DNA of 61,177 nt, from assembly GCF_001194135.2 (NCBI RefSeq), contig NC_068985.1, positions 69,388,108 to 69,449,284 on the forward strand, given 5' to 3'. Below, piece after piece: positions 35,537-49,600 of the stretch. The position numbers were made by a program, and so were the translations under genes. The notes beneath the pieces are model-generated. The model saw only the letters and a program-made list of their open reading frames with translations, searched no databases and was not told the DNA's origin. The DNA comes from Octopus bimaculoides. Its lineage: Eukaryota. Each line of letters starts with the position of its first letter. Within the stretch, counting starts at the first letter, position 1.

Positions 35537-37597
35537 AATAAATAAGTTTCATTATTGCAGTAATAGTATAAATAGCATAGACCAAGTGAAGATGAAATAA
35601 CGCAGGTGTGAGCTTGAAACTTTAAATTCGACATCCATAAGCACTTCCAAGAAATAATTGGAAAAAAAATCAATAAAACGAAATACCTATAAGCACAGAT
35701 TTAAGTATTGTTTCCTTTCTGTTTGCAAGTAATAACGAGGGTAAAGTACAAACCTCTTAAAGCATTCATTTTTATCTCTATGCGATGCTATCCTTTATGA
35801 ATGCAGTTTTAAACATTTTCACTATTTTCTTCTTTTATATAAATGTTACTATTATTCAGCCTACTTGGACTAAATTGCAACTTGAGAAATGACAGAGAGA
35901 GTTATCAATATTTTCAAAGAACATTGTGATGTTATTTTCCTGGTTTTATTCGTGATTTTATCGGTAACGTGCGAGTGAGGGTTAGAATGAAATTTCCATC
36001 GTTTGTTTTCGTCACTTTTCCAATCTTTAGTTTGAAGTATTTCAGTTCAACTGATAATGGTTTGTTTTAAGATGACACGTTTTTGGATTAGAATAGTTTT
36101 CTCCAAGTATCTGTGTTTAAAAAAATTATGACAATTCAAGGATTTTATCGTATTTGTTTTTCTTAAAGATTACTTTTCGTAACATTATTATCAGGTGATG
36201 ATTTTCTAGGACCAGAATTATATGATCATGTTGTTTCATCAGATATTAACAAATTATATTTTGTTAAATATTGCACAGCAAAACGTCTTCATTTAGATTA
36301 AAATTTTCTATTTAATTTTATTAAAATTCTGGGTTAAATTTTATATTATTCATGCATGATTCCACAAGTTCTAGTATCCACTGCTATTCTTACTACCGAA
36401 ACGAAGTTCTTTTTTCCAAGTATCCATATTCTTGTTATCTTTCCAACCTTAATAACTGAAGTTTTTAACAGTGTTCCTAAACACAAATCTCAACTTAACT
36501 ATTTGAAACAAATTTAAATAAAAGTCACACAACTTGAGTCACTTTTTCGCTGAGAAATAAACACAGTTCCGCATTGATGTTGGTATTCTGGAAATGTCTA
36601 GCTCTATTAATTCTATATCATCATATTTAAACTCAATGACCTACATATGAGTCTGACTCTACAAAAAGTACCTTCAAACGAAGTAATTTGCATAAATGCT
36701 ATACTTTTCACTATGCACTTAATCCTGAACTACTTGTTTATTATTAACTAAGACAATTGTTTTATACGTTCAATTCGCTAAGGTTTTCAGAACAAGGCTG
36801 TATGGGAGTGTGATAAGAAGTGTTCCCTATAGATAGACCTCTTAGTATTATTTGTATTAGCAGCGCTGTAAACCTGAGGCATAGAATATTTCCTTACGCT
36901 TTAAGTTCAAACGTTTACGAACAATCTTCTTGGAACACAATTTAGCTAGCAATTTTTTTAGGAACACTATTGTATAATAATTATTCTACGAAGAATGGTA
37001 TCTGGGCAGTGATAAATACACTGAGATATATGAACAAAATTCTAAAAACTTCACCATATGAAACCACATTGTGCTCCTTAAGCAATGATTTATCGTCGAA
37101 ACGTTCGATTTTATACGATTTAGGCTCTTTGTACAGTGTATTATAAATACCATCTTGTAAAGAATATCATTTGAGTGAGGGCCACCGTTTACATGTGCAT
37201 GAACAATGTTTTATAAGCAATGTCCAATAAGCATTGTTCTATGGACAAGGTTATAGGAAGAATTTTTACTTCAATGACATTGAAAATGATTTTGAACCCT
37301 TCCTAAAGTATCAGTATTAATAGTTTTTCTCTAGTAAAATTTAATCTGTGACATTTGTTTCAATATTTGAACTAAAACGCAAAAGCACAAAAATCGCAAA
37401 GTCCTTAACCCATCAAAAATATCGAACATCTACCAAATTCTCTTATTCTAGAATTATTCTCAACCAGATCTATCTACCAGTCAATCGCACACATATATAA
37501 CCCACACCTAATATAATTGTAGCAGGCTTAGATAAGGTTACTCATGCAGGTCGTGACAATACTGAAACATGTCCAGAGATATAGGAATTATTTGCCA

Positions 37598-37643
37598 AAA
37601 CTACGAATTTCTTTTTCACAAAACTACGAATTTCTTTTTCACA
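37598..37643. repeat. Perfect 23-bp tandem duplication (aaactacgaatttctttttcaca x2)
   Basis: Read directly from the sequence. Confidence 0.9.
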
Positions 37644-38721
37644 ACGCTTAATTACTTCCAATTATCTTTCATTAATACGATTACACCTGATACGTTAACA
37701 TCAAGATAAATACATTTCTTAGAAAAACAGAACTGAGGATATCAATACAACTTGTTCCATGTTTAACAGTCATCGATGAGAATGTAGATCTCTTTCTATG
37801 TGGCATCGTGCTCTGTCCATTAGGTATGTTACTTCACAAGTATGCTTATACCTTCTAGATTGGAATGAAATCCGACGAACAGGATATGAGAAACATTACT
37901 AGAGAAACCTCTGATTTATTAGCGACCGAAATAAAGTGCTATTTTGTCATCATCTGATTTATTAAATGTACTTATCAAAATTGCTTAGTTTCACTATATA
38001 CTGCCTCTGTATAATTTTCAATTAGATAGAATAGAAACAACAAATTACGTTGGTTATTTTTACCGTTTAATTTCAAAGTAATTTTCAAATGATTTGAATG
38101 TTTAGCTACTGAAGTTTTAGATAGTCGTGCAATTTCTTTTTTTCCTTTTTAATATATCTTTTTAAATATATTTTACATGTTGCCTTATAATTTCCAGCTA
38201 TTTCTGACAAAATAATTTCAGACTGAAAAAAAGAAAATAAAAAAAAATGCATATATTTTACTTTTGTTTTATTCATATTTTAGGATCGTATATAATTTAT
38301 TTCATATTCCTACACACTTACGTGCTTTTTATAGATTTCGTTTGGTTATATAAAACCGTAATTTAAATATATTCGAACATATGTGAGCATGTAGATATTC
38401 ATATATTTCTGTATATACATACATTATTTATATTTAAATGCATAGATGCATACACATCTTAGAAGGTAGTTTCAAACTGGAATAAAATACAATGAAGCGC
38501 AATTAAGCGATAGAAAATTTCCAATATTCTTATGTTAAATCGAACGTTATTTATGTAAATATGTGGTGTGTCAGTTGTATATAGACTCCGTTTTCCATGC
38601 AACACTGATACACCCGCCATATATACATACGTGTATGTATATATATATATGTGTGTGTGCGTGTGTGTCTGTGTGTGTGTATACTTTGCAAATAACTTGC
38701 ACATTCAAGTGCTACTTGTCG

Positions 38722-39170
38722 CGAGCTCCGTATACCGGAAACCAGCAAGTGTATTGGGTCATCAGGAGAGAAAGCACACCATTTCGGGGCCTTCTTCTCA
38801 ACGGCAGCACAGCCCAACGGCCCCCAACACTGCAATGAGGCCCCGATTTCTAGATAAACTGGTTATCAAATATAACTCAGTATTCTTCTAGCCATCGCTC
38901 ATTGTTTCTTTTAAACTAAATCCAGTGGCTGGCCCTTTCCACTGTAGTTTGTGTATCGTTCATGGTCGCATTTACTTTACGAAGAGTTAGTTACACCTAA
39001 CGATAACAACAGTAGCTTCACTCTGTGTCCAACAAATCCTCTACATACGACTTTGATTGGAAAATGCTCCACTTTCCAGACTACGTCTTCGCATTCCTCA
39101 GGGAGACATACTTAGCATTCAATCTTTCGACCACAAGCGGCGTCCATGTTATCTTCAGGAAGAATTGTTT
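38722..39170 (-). mobile_element. HERO-like RLE LINE 3' fragment, copy 2
   Basis: PEDNMDAACGRK..WKVEHFPIKVVCRGFVGHRVKLLLLSLG..TTVERASHWI*FKRNNERWLEEY*. 3' UTR homologous to 15301-15500. Confidence 0.78.
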
Positions 39171-40670
39171 TATAAGCTTATGTCTATATGTCTATATATA
39201 TACATATATATATATACATGTATATATATATATATATATATNNNNNNNNNNNNNNNNNNNNNNNNNNNNNNNNNNNNNNNNNNNNNNNNNNNNNNNNNNN
39301 NNNNNNNNNNNNNNNNNNNNNNNNNNNNNNNNNNNNNNNNNNNNNNNNNNNNNNNNNNNNNNNNNNNNNNNNNNNNNNNNNNNNNNNNNNNNNNNNNNNN
39401 NNNNNNNNNNNNNNNNNNNNNNNNNNNNNNNNNNNNNNNNNNNNNNNNNNNNNNNNNNNNNNNTATATATATATATATATATCGATATATAGGTACATAT
39501 ATCGATATATTTATATGCGTATGTATTCTTAAAAATAATGCATACACACGCACACACGTACATATATGTGTACGTGAGTACGTGTCCCAATGTGTGTGTG
39601 TTATGCGATAATTTATAAGTATATACACCGGACTTGGGGTGAGGCTACGAATAAAATATGGGTTGCCTTTATCGCCGGCAGAATCTTTGAAGTGCTTCTT
39701 CTTTCCCATTTACCCACCAATGGCATATAAAGTTAGAAGGTCGTTAAGCTTATAAAAGCAATAGATGCCAGGTTGCAAATATTCAATATATAATATTCAA
39801 ATGTGTTGATACTTTCACAGGCCACTAGGATATTTTTCACACATATAATAGTGGCCGTGATGTTGTATGTTATATAACATTGTCTTTGCGGATATTAGTT
39901 AATATGAGAAGCATAATCTAGAAGAATTTTAGAAAGGCCGTGTAAATAATAATATTGTACCAATAAAATAACTGCGCATGTATATTACCAGAAGTATACA
40001 CATCAAAGAATTCTATACAAACGGATGGTATTCAATATTTGCGTGCAAGCGACACATTCGCGTACAGCTGCAACATATATCAAGTATATATTATATGTGA
40101 CAAATTGAAAGATTTCGATTCAATAACGTATGAATAAATACATTTTAGAATTCACATATAAATATATTGCACCTAAAACGTTTCCACATTTCAAAAACCA
40201 GCAGCAGCTAATAAATGGGTTATACATGTTAGACAGCAAAGTTATTCAATATCTGAGGTTTAAAATATTTGAAATTATTAGACATGCGTTACACGAACTT
40301 ATCTTATCCCTATCTTTGCGATGTCTACTGTTATCGCTCTATCTATCTTTCAATACATGTATGGCATGTATACATATACAAATGTAAGTGCTGTGTGCAA
40401 GCATGTTTATGTGTGTGGGAGAGAGAGAAAGAGAGAGAGAGGTTTTATGTATTTCAGAATTGAGGATTCTGAAATACATAGAACTTTTAATAATTAGAAT
40501 TATTTAGTATATAATTAAATGAAAATACAATTTCCAGCCTGTGAATATATATATAAAACTCCGGATGTCGGGGCGAAAACCCACGCCGCCATCTCTTCAG
40601 TTATCTGACCAACAATTTTTTCGATGGCCAGATAACTGAAGAGGCTACCGAATAATTTTCACATATTATT

Positions 40671-40717
<47 letters not shown>

Positions 40718-40824
40718 AGAGGGAGAGAGGGAGAGAGATACATACAGACATACACAACCACGTACATGGACATTTAAGTATGGATGTATGTATAATGATG
40801 TAACTTGGAGTCTAGAGTGTTCAT

Positions 40825-40900
40825 GACGGCGATGCTTTGTTCTTGAGCAAAGCACATAATACAATTTCAGCTGTTCCAATTTGCTCAGATGTCAACTGGT
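40825..40900 (+). mobile_element. Family B CORE-like SINE fragment
   Basis: gcgatgctttgttcttgagcaaagcacataat.. Confidence 0.45.
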
Positions 40901-41689
40901 AATCTTACGACATATTGGCATCCCTTTTAAAGGCTTGTCGGCTATTCCACCTAGCGAGTCTGTTTTTGGTGGGTGCGTTTGTTTCTGTATGTGTATGTTT
41001 AAGTACTGAATGTAGATAACGTACCTCACATACATGTGGCAATAGGCTTCCTGCACATATTTAAAACTACCTAAAGCAATTCATGGAGGTTTCTGGTCCT
41101 AAGATTATGCTAGGAATATCTTCTGGGCAAATTAATAAATCTGGCTCATCTTCAATGCCACAACGAATCATGAAACCGAAATTCCATCTCATTTTCAGCC
41201 ATAAATGCCGAGGTCACTAATAGCAGTAACATCTAGTACTATCAACCTGGAATTACCCATCCTCAGTTGGGGAGATGTCAAGAAGTAGTCTGACAGGGAT
41301 TACTCACGCCTTCGATAATCATAACAAGTCCCAGGGAAAATGGATCACCGCAACTAAATGAAATTTCCAGCAATTCAGGAAACTAACAGAAACACAATGT
41401 ATCACTTACAATGCATAGACAATGGATTTCTAAATGAAAGCTGCGTTAGAAAGTGACCAGGGAGTAAAGAAGGGCAAACTTCGACCAAATATTACGATCC
41501 CCATGTGACATTTTTTCACAGCAATTCAAAAGATCTCCAAAATAGGTTTGTGTATCTCTGTGTACGATACATAAATATTTGATTTATCAGGACTGCTTAA
41601 ATCAGCGTAAGTTAACGTGTAAATCTTTATCAATATACTTTGTTCTAATTAATGTGTTTTACTATATTGTTATTATTTAGCCGCCTAAC

Positions 41690-41850
41690 TGAGAGAATCG
41701 TTAGCTAGCTGGAGAAAATACTGAGCGCGATTTCATCCATCTTTATGTTCTGCATTGAGTACCACCGAGGTCTATTTTGCGTTTTATCATTTCCAGATCA
41801 GTGAAATGACTACTAGCTGAATTGTTGGTTCGATGTAATCGGAAAGTCTC
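41690..41850 (+). mobile_element. Family A SINE, degenerate
   Basis: gagaatcgttagc..aaaatactgagcg..ccgaggtctattttgc..ggttcgatgtaatcg. Confidence 0.6.
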
Positions 41851-42047
41851 TGACTCAAACCTTCAAACCTTATACCTATAGAATAGATTGTTTTGATCTT
41901 GTTACATTTCAGAGTAATTATGGTTTATAATCTTTTAAAATTCGTTCCATTACGTATATTCTAAAACGAATTTCAAGTTACCCATCGTCGGTTTAGTACT
42001 TCTCCGTTGTAATGAAAATATTACTCTTACTATTATTAGTATAATTA

Positions 42048-42260
42048 CAAGGCACGAAATGGCAGAATCGTTATCACGGTGGACGAAAATCTTAGCGGCA
42101 TTTCGCCGGTCACTACATTCTAAGTTCAAATTCCGCCCAGGTCTACTTTGCCTTTCATCCTTTCTGGGTCGATAAATTAAGTACAAGTGAAAAGCTGAGG
42201 TCGATGTAATCGACTAGTCTTCTTCCTCTAATGTCATGCTTTGTGCCTTTAGTAGAAAAA
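42048..42260 (+). mobile_element. Family A SINE with 16-bp target-site duplication
   Basis: ggcacgaaatggcagaatcgtt..agttcaaattccgcc..gtcgatgtaatcgac. Direct repeat attattagtataatta at 42032-42047 and 42261-42276. Confidence 0.9.
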
Positions 42261-42477
42261 ATTATTAGTATAATTAGGTTTTCCATCTATCCTCAGCAGT
42301 GATAATATATTCCTCGGAGCATAACAAATGCTGATATGTAACGATTTGTTCTAATGAGTGCCAAAGAGGCATTTTCCACTCAGTGTATTTTACTCCGATT
42401 TTCACTACTATATTAAAGCCTCGTTTTGTTTCTTTTTAGATATATTTCTTTAATTTCTTCTCTCCTATTTTTTACTT

Positions 42478-42632
42478 ATCTTAGTCATTTTTCTCTGGCC
42501 ATGCTGGAGCACCACCTTAAACGATTTTAGTCTTAAAAATCGACTTATTCTTTGCAAGATTAGTACTTATTCTATTGGTCCTTTTGCTGATCCGCTAAGT
42601 TAAAAGAGACACAGATACACATACATATATAT

Positions 42633-42721
<89 letters not shown>

Positions 42722-42862
42722 CGACGGGCTTCTTTAAGTTTCCGTCAATCAAATTCACTCACAAGTATTTGTTTGGCAAGAGGGTCTAGTATAAACCACT
42801 TGCCCAAGATGCTACGCAGAGAGACTGATCCAGAAAGTACGCGGTTAGGAAGTAAGCTCCTT
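42478..42862 (-). mobile_element. Family C SINE with internal (CA)n(TA)n
   Basis: Head side: cgacgggcttctttaagtttccgtc..cacttgcccaagatgctacgcag. Tail side: ggccatgctggagcaccacc..tacttattctattggtccttttgc..ccgctaagtta. Confidence 0.8.
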
Positions 42863-43429
42863 ATATTCTTTATTTCTTTGGCTTTTTCTTTTGAGGGCAC
42901 ATTATAACTGTGTACTGGCTCATCTAGCTGCTTATCCCGAAAGTATTTTTCGTCACTGATTGCAACATTTTGGCATCCTTATGCTTCGGGAGCCGCGTCA
43001 GCATCGATAGTTTGATTGTTCCAAATAGACAGAAACATTCAAATTTGAATGGTATTTGCGATTTTATTAACCAACGACTGCCTTATTTTCTCGGAAGATA
43101 TGTTGACGAGCTTATAGTATTGAAGCTGTATGTAATCACATGCATGGTTAACGTGTTTATGGCCGCAGAAGAGATTTCACTATATGATAGCATCTATTTT
43201 ATGTTTATGTTTCCTGTCATTAGTATGTGCGTAATTATATCTCTTCATAGACAACTAGATTTTTATAATATCCCTAAGATTCTAATTCTTTTATTCGGTA
43301 TCCCACTCTAGGGTATAGATGAAAGATTTTGATAGTTCCCTCTTATGAAGCCCAAAATGCATTTTGGTATCATATCTAAACTGTTTGACAGTATGAAAGA
43401 ACGACAGCAGTTACGAGTTCGCGATATTT

Positions 43430-44566
43430 TTTGAAATCAGCCATGAAGACAAGATGGTTGATATTCATCATACACCTTGTAAGCATATGTTTTCAATCAG
43501 GAGTATACCTAAGGCAGACTGCATTAAAAATAAGGACAAAGTATTTATAAGTTTCCGAGGAGGATTTCAGTTATCTAATACTTTCCTAATTATTCTACGC
43601 GTACCACCAGGCTATTTCGTACATACGATTTGTTGCATTTATCTATTTTTCGCATTTCTTCTTGACTATTCATGGGTAGAAGGTACATACAACATCAACA
43701 ATATAACACATGTGGTGCGTCTTATCGACCACCACAAGGTCCGCTTTATTATACTCTAGTACACATTCTGTTTGGATTGGGAAATCCCAGAAGATTTTGC
43801 TATTCTCCTACACCGCTATTTGCGTCTCTTTAGCCCTCACTTTTTGTACAGTTTCCAACGTACCACTTGCGCTACCTGATCGTGTCTCCACAACCTCTGG
43901 TGGTTTTTGGAAAGTCTAGGGCATTCGTTTGTGATATGGGCAATGGTTTCATCCATTGTATTACAAATGTGACACTTGCTCATTCCAGAGGTTGACTTTC
44001 TAGTTCGAGGCCAAAGCTTAGTCTTGCGCTGCCAGTATAGTCTTCTCGATCTCTTTTTTCAGTGTTCCGCTCTTTAGCCTTTCCACCTATACTTTCCAGC
44101 AACTTCCGCTGTGACTACATGGAATTGATTGTGTTCTCTCTTCTTGCGTAATTCTTCTTCATGTCCCTTTTGTACTTCTTCCTTTGTTTTTCCTTTTTTT
44201 ACTCTGCTTCCAATACTTCCCCTTTCCTGACACTACCAAGGTTTCCTTTCTTTGGGTTAGGTATATCTTTAAGCTCTCGAGTTCGATTCATACTCAGTCT
44301 TCTACACTTACCAGCCCTCTTTCTCCAATTGCTCTCTTCATGTTTAGGTCTGCACGTGGATAATGAGCCGTACGTATCGTTAGCAACTTTCTTGAGTCTT
44401 TATCTCTTTTATCTCCTCGTCTGTCCACTACAACATCACAAGGCCATACCAAACAACTGCGACTGCGCGCGAGTTTATCGCCGAAATTATGTTTCTAGCA
44501 TTCAGCTTTGAGGACAATACTTTTCTCACTCGCCGCAGATTCTCTCTTGTCCTTTCGTTCATGTCG

Positions 44567-44570
<4 letters not shown>
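43430..44570 (-). mobile_element. 5'-truncated R4/Dong-like LINE (thumb, CCHC, RLE)
   Basis: LRRVRKVLSSKLNARNIISAINSRAVAVV; LKSGTLKKEIEKTILAAQD; KCHICNTMDETIAHITNECPRL..RHDQVAQVVRWKL; IFWDFPIQTECVLEYNKADLVVVDK. Confidence 0.85.
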
Positions 44571-44650
<80 letters not shown>

Positions 44651-45200
44651 GTTATTATTAATGATAATAATAATAATATTTTTCCTTCGTAATATATTGT
44701 AGGTAAATATGCACCGATGTCTTTAGTCATCTGTTAAGCCACAAGAACCTCTGACAGATATTACTTTCCTTCAGATGTGAGCAGTATCCAATAAGGCTAC
44801 TTTTTGAAACACATCAATCTTGCATGGGATTTACAGTTGCCTTTAGAAGTCTTGAAGTTTCAATGGGATTGAGCCCAATGTTCCGATCACCACTGGTATC
44901 ACTTTCATATTACACTCTCGCATTCCATACAGCCTCGCTACATACAGTCTTGCTATTCCCATTTTCAAATCATAGTCCTAGAGTATCGTTACTTTTCTAT
45001 CCACCGGCATAATTTTTCTTGGTACACCCTCATACCAGTTCTCTGTCACTTCGTATTGGTATCTAAGACATAAGAGCCAATGAAAATACACACACAATTT
45101 ATCGTGGAGACGCTTCCATACATTTTGTGCAAATCTCTCACAACCACTTACCAAGTGGATCACATTTTCCACGCTCTTTCCACTTCTAGGTGTCAGAAGT
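44571..45200 (-). mobile_element. R4/Dong-like LINE 3' fragment whose (TAA)n tail (44571-44680) abuts the 5' end of the copy at 43430-44570
   Basis: ENVIHLVSGCERFAQNVWKRLHDKLCVYFHWLLC..WYEGVP..VTIL(WD). Ends KVALLDTAHI*RKV, then a short UTR and (AAT)n on the minus strand. Confidence 0.82.
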
Positions 45201-46471
45201 TTCCTATATGTTATATATATATCTATCTATCTAATATATATAAAACATTTTTTTGCCTCAAAATATTTTCATTTCCAAGTGTGTTATTAAAAATATAATT
45301 ATTACCTATGCTAGTAAAAGGGGAGAAATTTAAGGTGACATGAATTGTTACTTCTATATAATCCATTGATGCACTCCTCATTAATTTTGTTTACATTTAC
45401 AATCATCAAGCGATGTTTACATCAATAGATTTCGAACTCAGAACATATATCACATTTGCCATTTGCCAAACGCTCTAACGATCTTGTCTATCAACTGACC
45501 TTATATTATATAAAATGGCATTTTCTCCAAATTAAAGGAGTTGATTGCACAGTATTGTTGCCCCGTTTTTCTTATAAAATCTTATTAGAGAATGCTGGCT
45601 GGATCCGAATATTTTGTGTGAAATTAGACGTAAACTGTGGAAGCCAAATCGAACGGAATTATTCATGTAACAACCGAATTTATATCTAATTTTACACAAT
45701 CTATTGTGCTTTAGGTGCCTTTACTAGATCGACACTTGTAGAAGTATTAGAATAAAATACTAATATGCAGATAGCATTAATGTCACAGTTACTTCTTCCC
45801 TTTAATCAAACATTCGTGGAGGCTATACTAAACCATTATGGGTGGATGATAACTTTCCTCGTCTCAGCCGTAATGAAAGTGCAAAATAAAAAATACACTG
45901 ATTTTTTTATGTTTTTCGTTTATGGCTCTATACACGTCTAGTAGTATTGTTTGCTTTTAACTTACACTTCTACTTCATGTCTGAGTGGTTTGCAATAGAA
46001 GACCACTCAGGTGCAAAAACAATTGTTTTAATAAAAAAAAGCATCCAACTCCTCATAGCAAATAAAATTACAATATACTTCTATTATTATGGATTCATGT
46101 CTGCACATCTGTGTATGTATGAGTGCGTGTGTTTGTGTGCGTATGTGTGTGAGTGTGTGTGTGTGTGCATGTGTACGTGTTTGTGTGTGTGATGTTGTCT
46201 CGGTGTGAGGATTACTTGTCATTTTCAAATAATGTAATCTGCTTAATGAGAATTGCACAGACACACCACACACACACACACACACTTACACACATATACA
46301 CATACACATATATATACGCATGCGTATGTATATATGTGTGTGTTATGCATGTATGTATATTATGTCATACATATGCACACACTACATGCATGCATACATA
46401 CATATATATATATTGCAAACACACGCGCAGGCACACACACGCACACACACGCACACACACACACACACGCA

Positions 46472-46512
<41 letters not shown>

Positions 46513-46617
46513 NNNNNNNNNNNNNNNNNNNNNNNNNNNNNNNNNNNNNNNNNNNNNNNNNNNNNNNNNNNNNNNNNNNNNNNNNNNNNNNNNNNNNNNN
46601 NNNNNNNNNNNNNNNNN

Positions 46618-46648
<31 letters not shown>

Positions 46649-49600
46649 CATACACCCACATATGAATAGCAAACACTCACGCACAGAAATATATATTCAC
46701 ACTCACAAATACGCATAAAGAAAAAAAAAATCATGGAAATAAATCAGCAAAATTTACATTAACATAATGACCTTTTTTTAAAGTTGCATTCCTATTTTCA
46801 ATGACATTTCAAGCTAAATGAGCTAATTTCTCATATAAAAATATTTTATTCTGAAAGTCAAAAGACCCATTTTGCTAAGTCAATCAATCATTTGAATGAG
46901 AAGTCATTAGTAGCTTGAATTTAATTAATTACGTCCCATAATTACTCTGCTTGACTGTTAAGTATTGCTTGCTCAACTGAATGTAAAATAATTACAAAAA
47001 CGAAAAATTTGAAGAAAATGTCACGAAACACAAATATGATGGAAATATTTTGTTAGTCTTTGTGTTCAATAGTTCCTGTAGCGCAAAAGATCTTTCTGGT
47101 TTAGCTTTAGTGCCATATCAAGTAACCCATTTTACGCTTATATGAACTCTAATGAAAGTGTATAGCAACAAAATATCGTTCACTTCCTTAAACTTGCTTC
47201 AAACACAATAAGGTACAACATAGATCTACATATATATCTTTACACAGTAGTCTCAATGATTATAAGGAGAATGATCCTTTCTATATAATATTATGTTAAC
47301 ATTGGAAATATGGAATTGAAATAAGAAATATTTATAAAACATGCACATAAATCCTATATTTGTTTTTCGTTTTGTTTTTATCCAATTATTATGAAGTTGT
47401 TAAAATGTCTAGACGGTGTTAATAATGTATAGTACTATTTCAATCATTTTAGAAACCAGCAGTATGATATACCCTGTGATTCAGATCTTAGACATTTTAT
47501 AAAATAACAGATTTTATTATAGGTTGAATTTGTTACGACTTGGAGAATACTCGTGTATATTTTACTCTTTCTTTATACATTGTGATTAGTTTAGCAATAT
47601 AGTGTTTACATAGAGGATAATATCTGTTTCTATGTGCTTCTATGATATTCTACATTGTCAAATATTTAAGTAGTCAATAATTTCATTTTAACCACAGAAA
47701 CATTCCTTATACATACCTAGGTGTATTCTCTGAGGTGTAAATATTAGTTTCAAGCTCCCATTTCCGGTGGCTATATATCATATCTACAAATACCTCGCCA
47801 TATCGTCGTTCACCTATCACAGTTCAACTATCACGCTTTATTATTTAAGCTTACTTCGATTCTCTCGTGGTGTTCTTTCGCATTTAAAATAAAATAGATA
47901 TATACAAATCATAAATTACAGTACTTCGCTGATTGTCAACTATTACGCGAGCTTTCAAACATGACAACAGCGATAGTCGGTCGAGGGATTACTTTATGTA
48001 TGTTTATATATATATATGTGCTTTAATGCAATTCCAGTGTCATACCAGCAATCCAACAATCCAATAATATTAATCCGCATATACAAAAACAGCCACACTA
48101 ACAATCTAATATACTTCCTTCATCACCTGCCCCATGAATATCATTGTGGTTTCGACACCTGAGCAGTACCATTCAATCCGGTGGTGTCAATAGCACTATA
48201 ATAAGTGTTGTTTGGGAACAAAAAACAAAAGAAAGAACTTTCAAACATATTTATACATTCATGTACACATATATACAAANNNNNNNNNNNNNNNNNNNNN
48301 NNNNNNNNNNNNNNNNNNNNNNNNNNNNNNNNNNNNNNNNNNNNNNNNNNNNNNNNNNNNNNNNNNNNNNNNNNNNNNNNNNNNNNNNNNNNNNNNNNNN
48401 NNNNNNNNNNNNNNNNNNNNNNNNNNNNNNNNNNNNNNNNNNNNNNNNNNNNNNNNNNNNNNNNNNNNNNNNNNNNNNNNNNNNNNNNNNNNNNNNNNNN
48501 NNNNNNNNNNNNNNNNNNNNNNNNNNNNNNNNNNNNNNNNNNNNNNNNNNNNNNNNNNNNNNNNNNNNNNNNNNNNNNNNNNNNNNNNNNNNNNNNNNNN
48601 NNNNNNNNNNNNNNNNNNNNNNNNNNNNNNNNNNNNNNNNNNNNNNNNNNNNNNNNNNNNNNNNNNNNNNNNNNNNNNNNNNNNNNNNNNNNNNNNNNNN
48701 NNNNNNNNNNNNNNNNNNNNNNNNNNNNNNNNNNNNNNNNNNNNNNNNNNNNNNNNNNNNNNNNNNNNNNNNNNNNNNNNNNNNNNNNNNNNNNNNNNNN
48801 NNNNNNNNNNNNNNNNNNNNNNNNNNNNNNNNNNNNNNNNNNNNNNNNNNNNNNNNNNNNNNNNNNNNNNNNNNNNNNNNNNNATATATATATATATATA
48901 TATATAATAAAATGAGAGCAGGAAAATGACATCAAATTAATCATCACACAAGATATACGTCCAATATAATATTGTATTAATAGATGTATAAATATATAAA
49001 GAACGATTATTTAGATAGTTTAAAAGTTTAAAATACCTTACGATCGCTTCATGGATGCATTATTCATATCAATCTAAAATTGATAATCATTATTAGGTAA
49101 TACATCCACTCGTCAGAGAAAAATAGAATGAATATCTGTGTAGTGAATCGAATGCTATTTAAAAATATATGAAAAAGATGCTGTTTAAAGATGTTGTTTA
49201 AAAAGTTACTGGCATAGATATCTGTTGGTACAATCTTGTGCTAACAAGTTTGAAGAAATAATATACATCATAAACACATACATTTTCTATCTGTCTTTGT
49301 ACAAAAATGTCGCTTTACATGTTATTATATAAACAGGATATTTTAACGAATAAAAAGTGTTGAATGGTACAACAATGCACTATAATACAAACAATAGTCT
49401 ATATAGCTGTTGTAATTTAGTCATCCATAGTCTGATATAATATTTTGGAATAAAATTTCTTCTTCAGATAGTGTCTAATAAATATCAATGGGGGACTGGA
49501 TCTCGTGGGGTCGAAGCTGAACCCAAACGCCATTCCATTTGTTTTGTCATTTGTATTCCATTCGATTATATAATTTCATATTAAAATTTTAACTCATGGT

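Noticed and set aside
41230-41450. Possible LINE pre-RT fragment (NKSQG.. resembling NKSPG)
   Set aside because: One short motif only, not enough to support a call.
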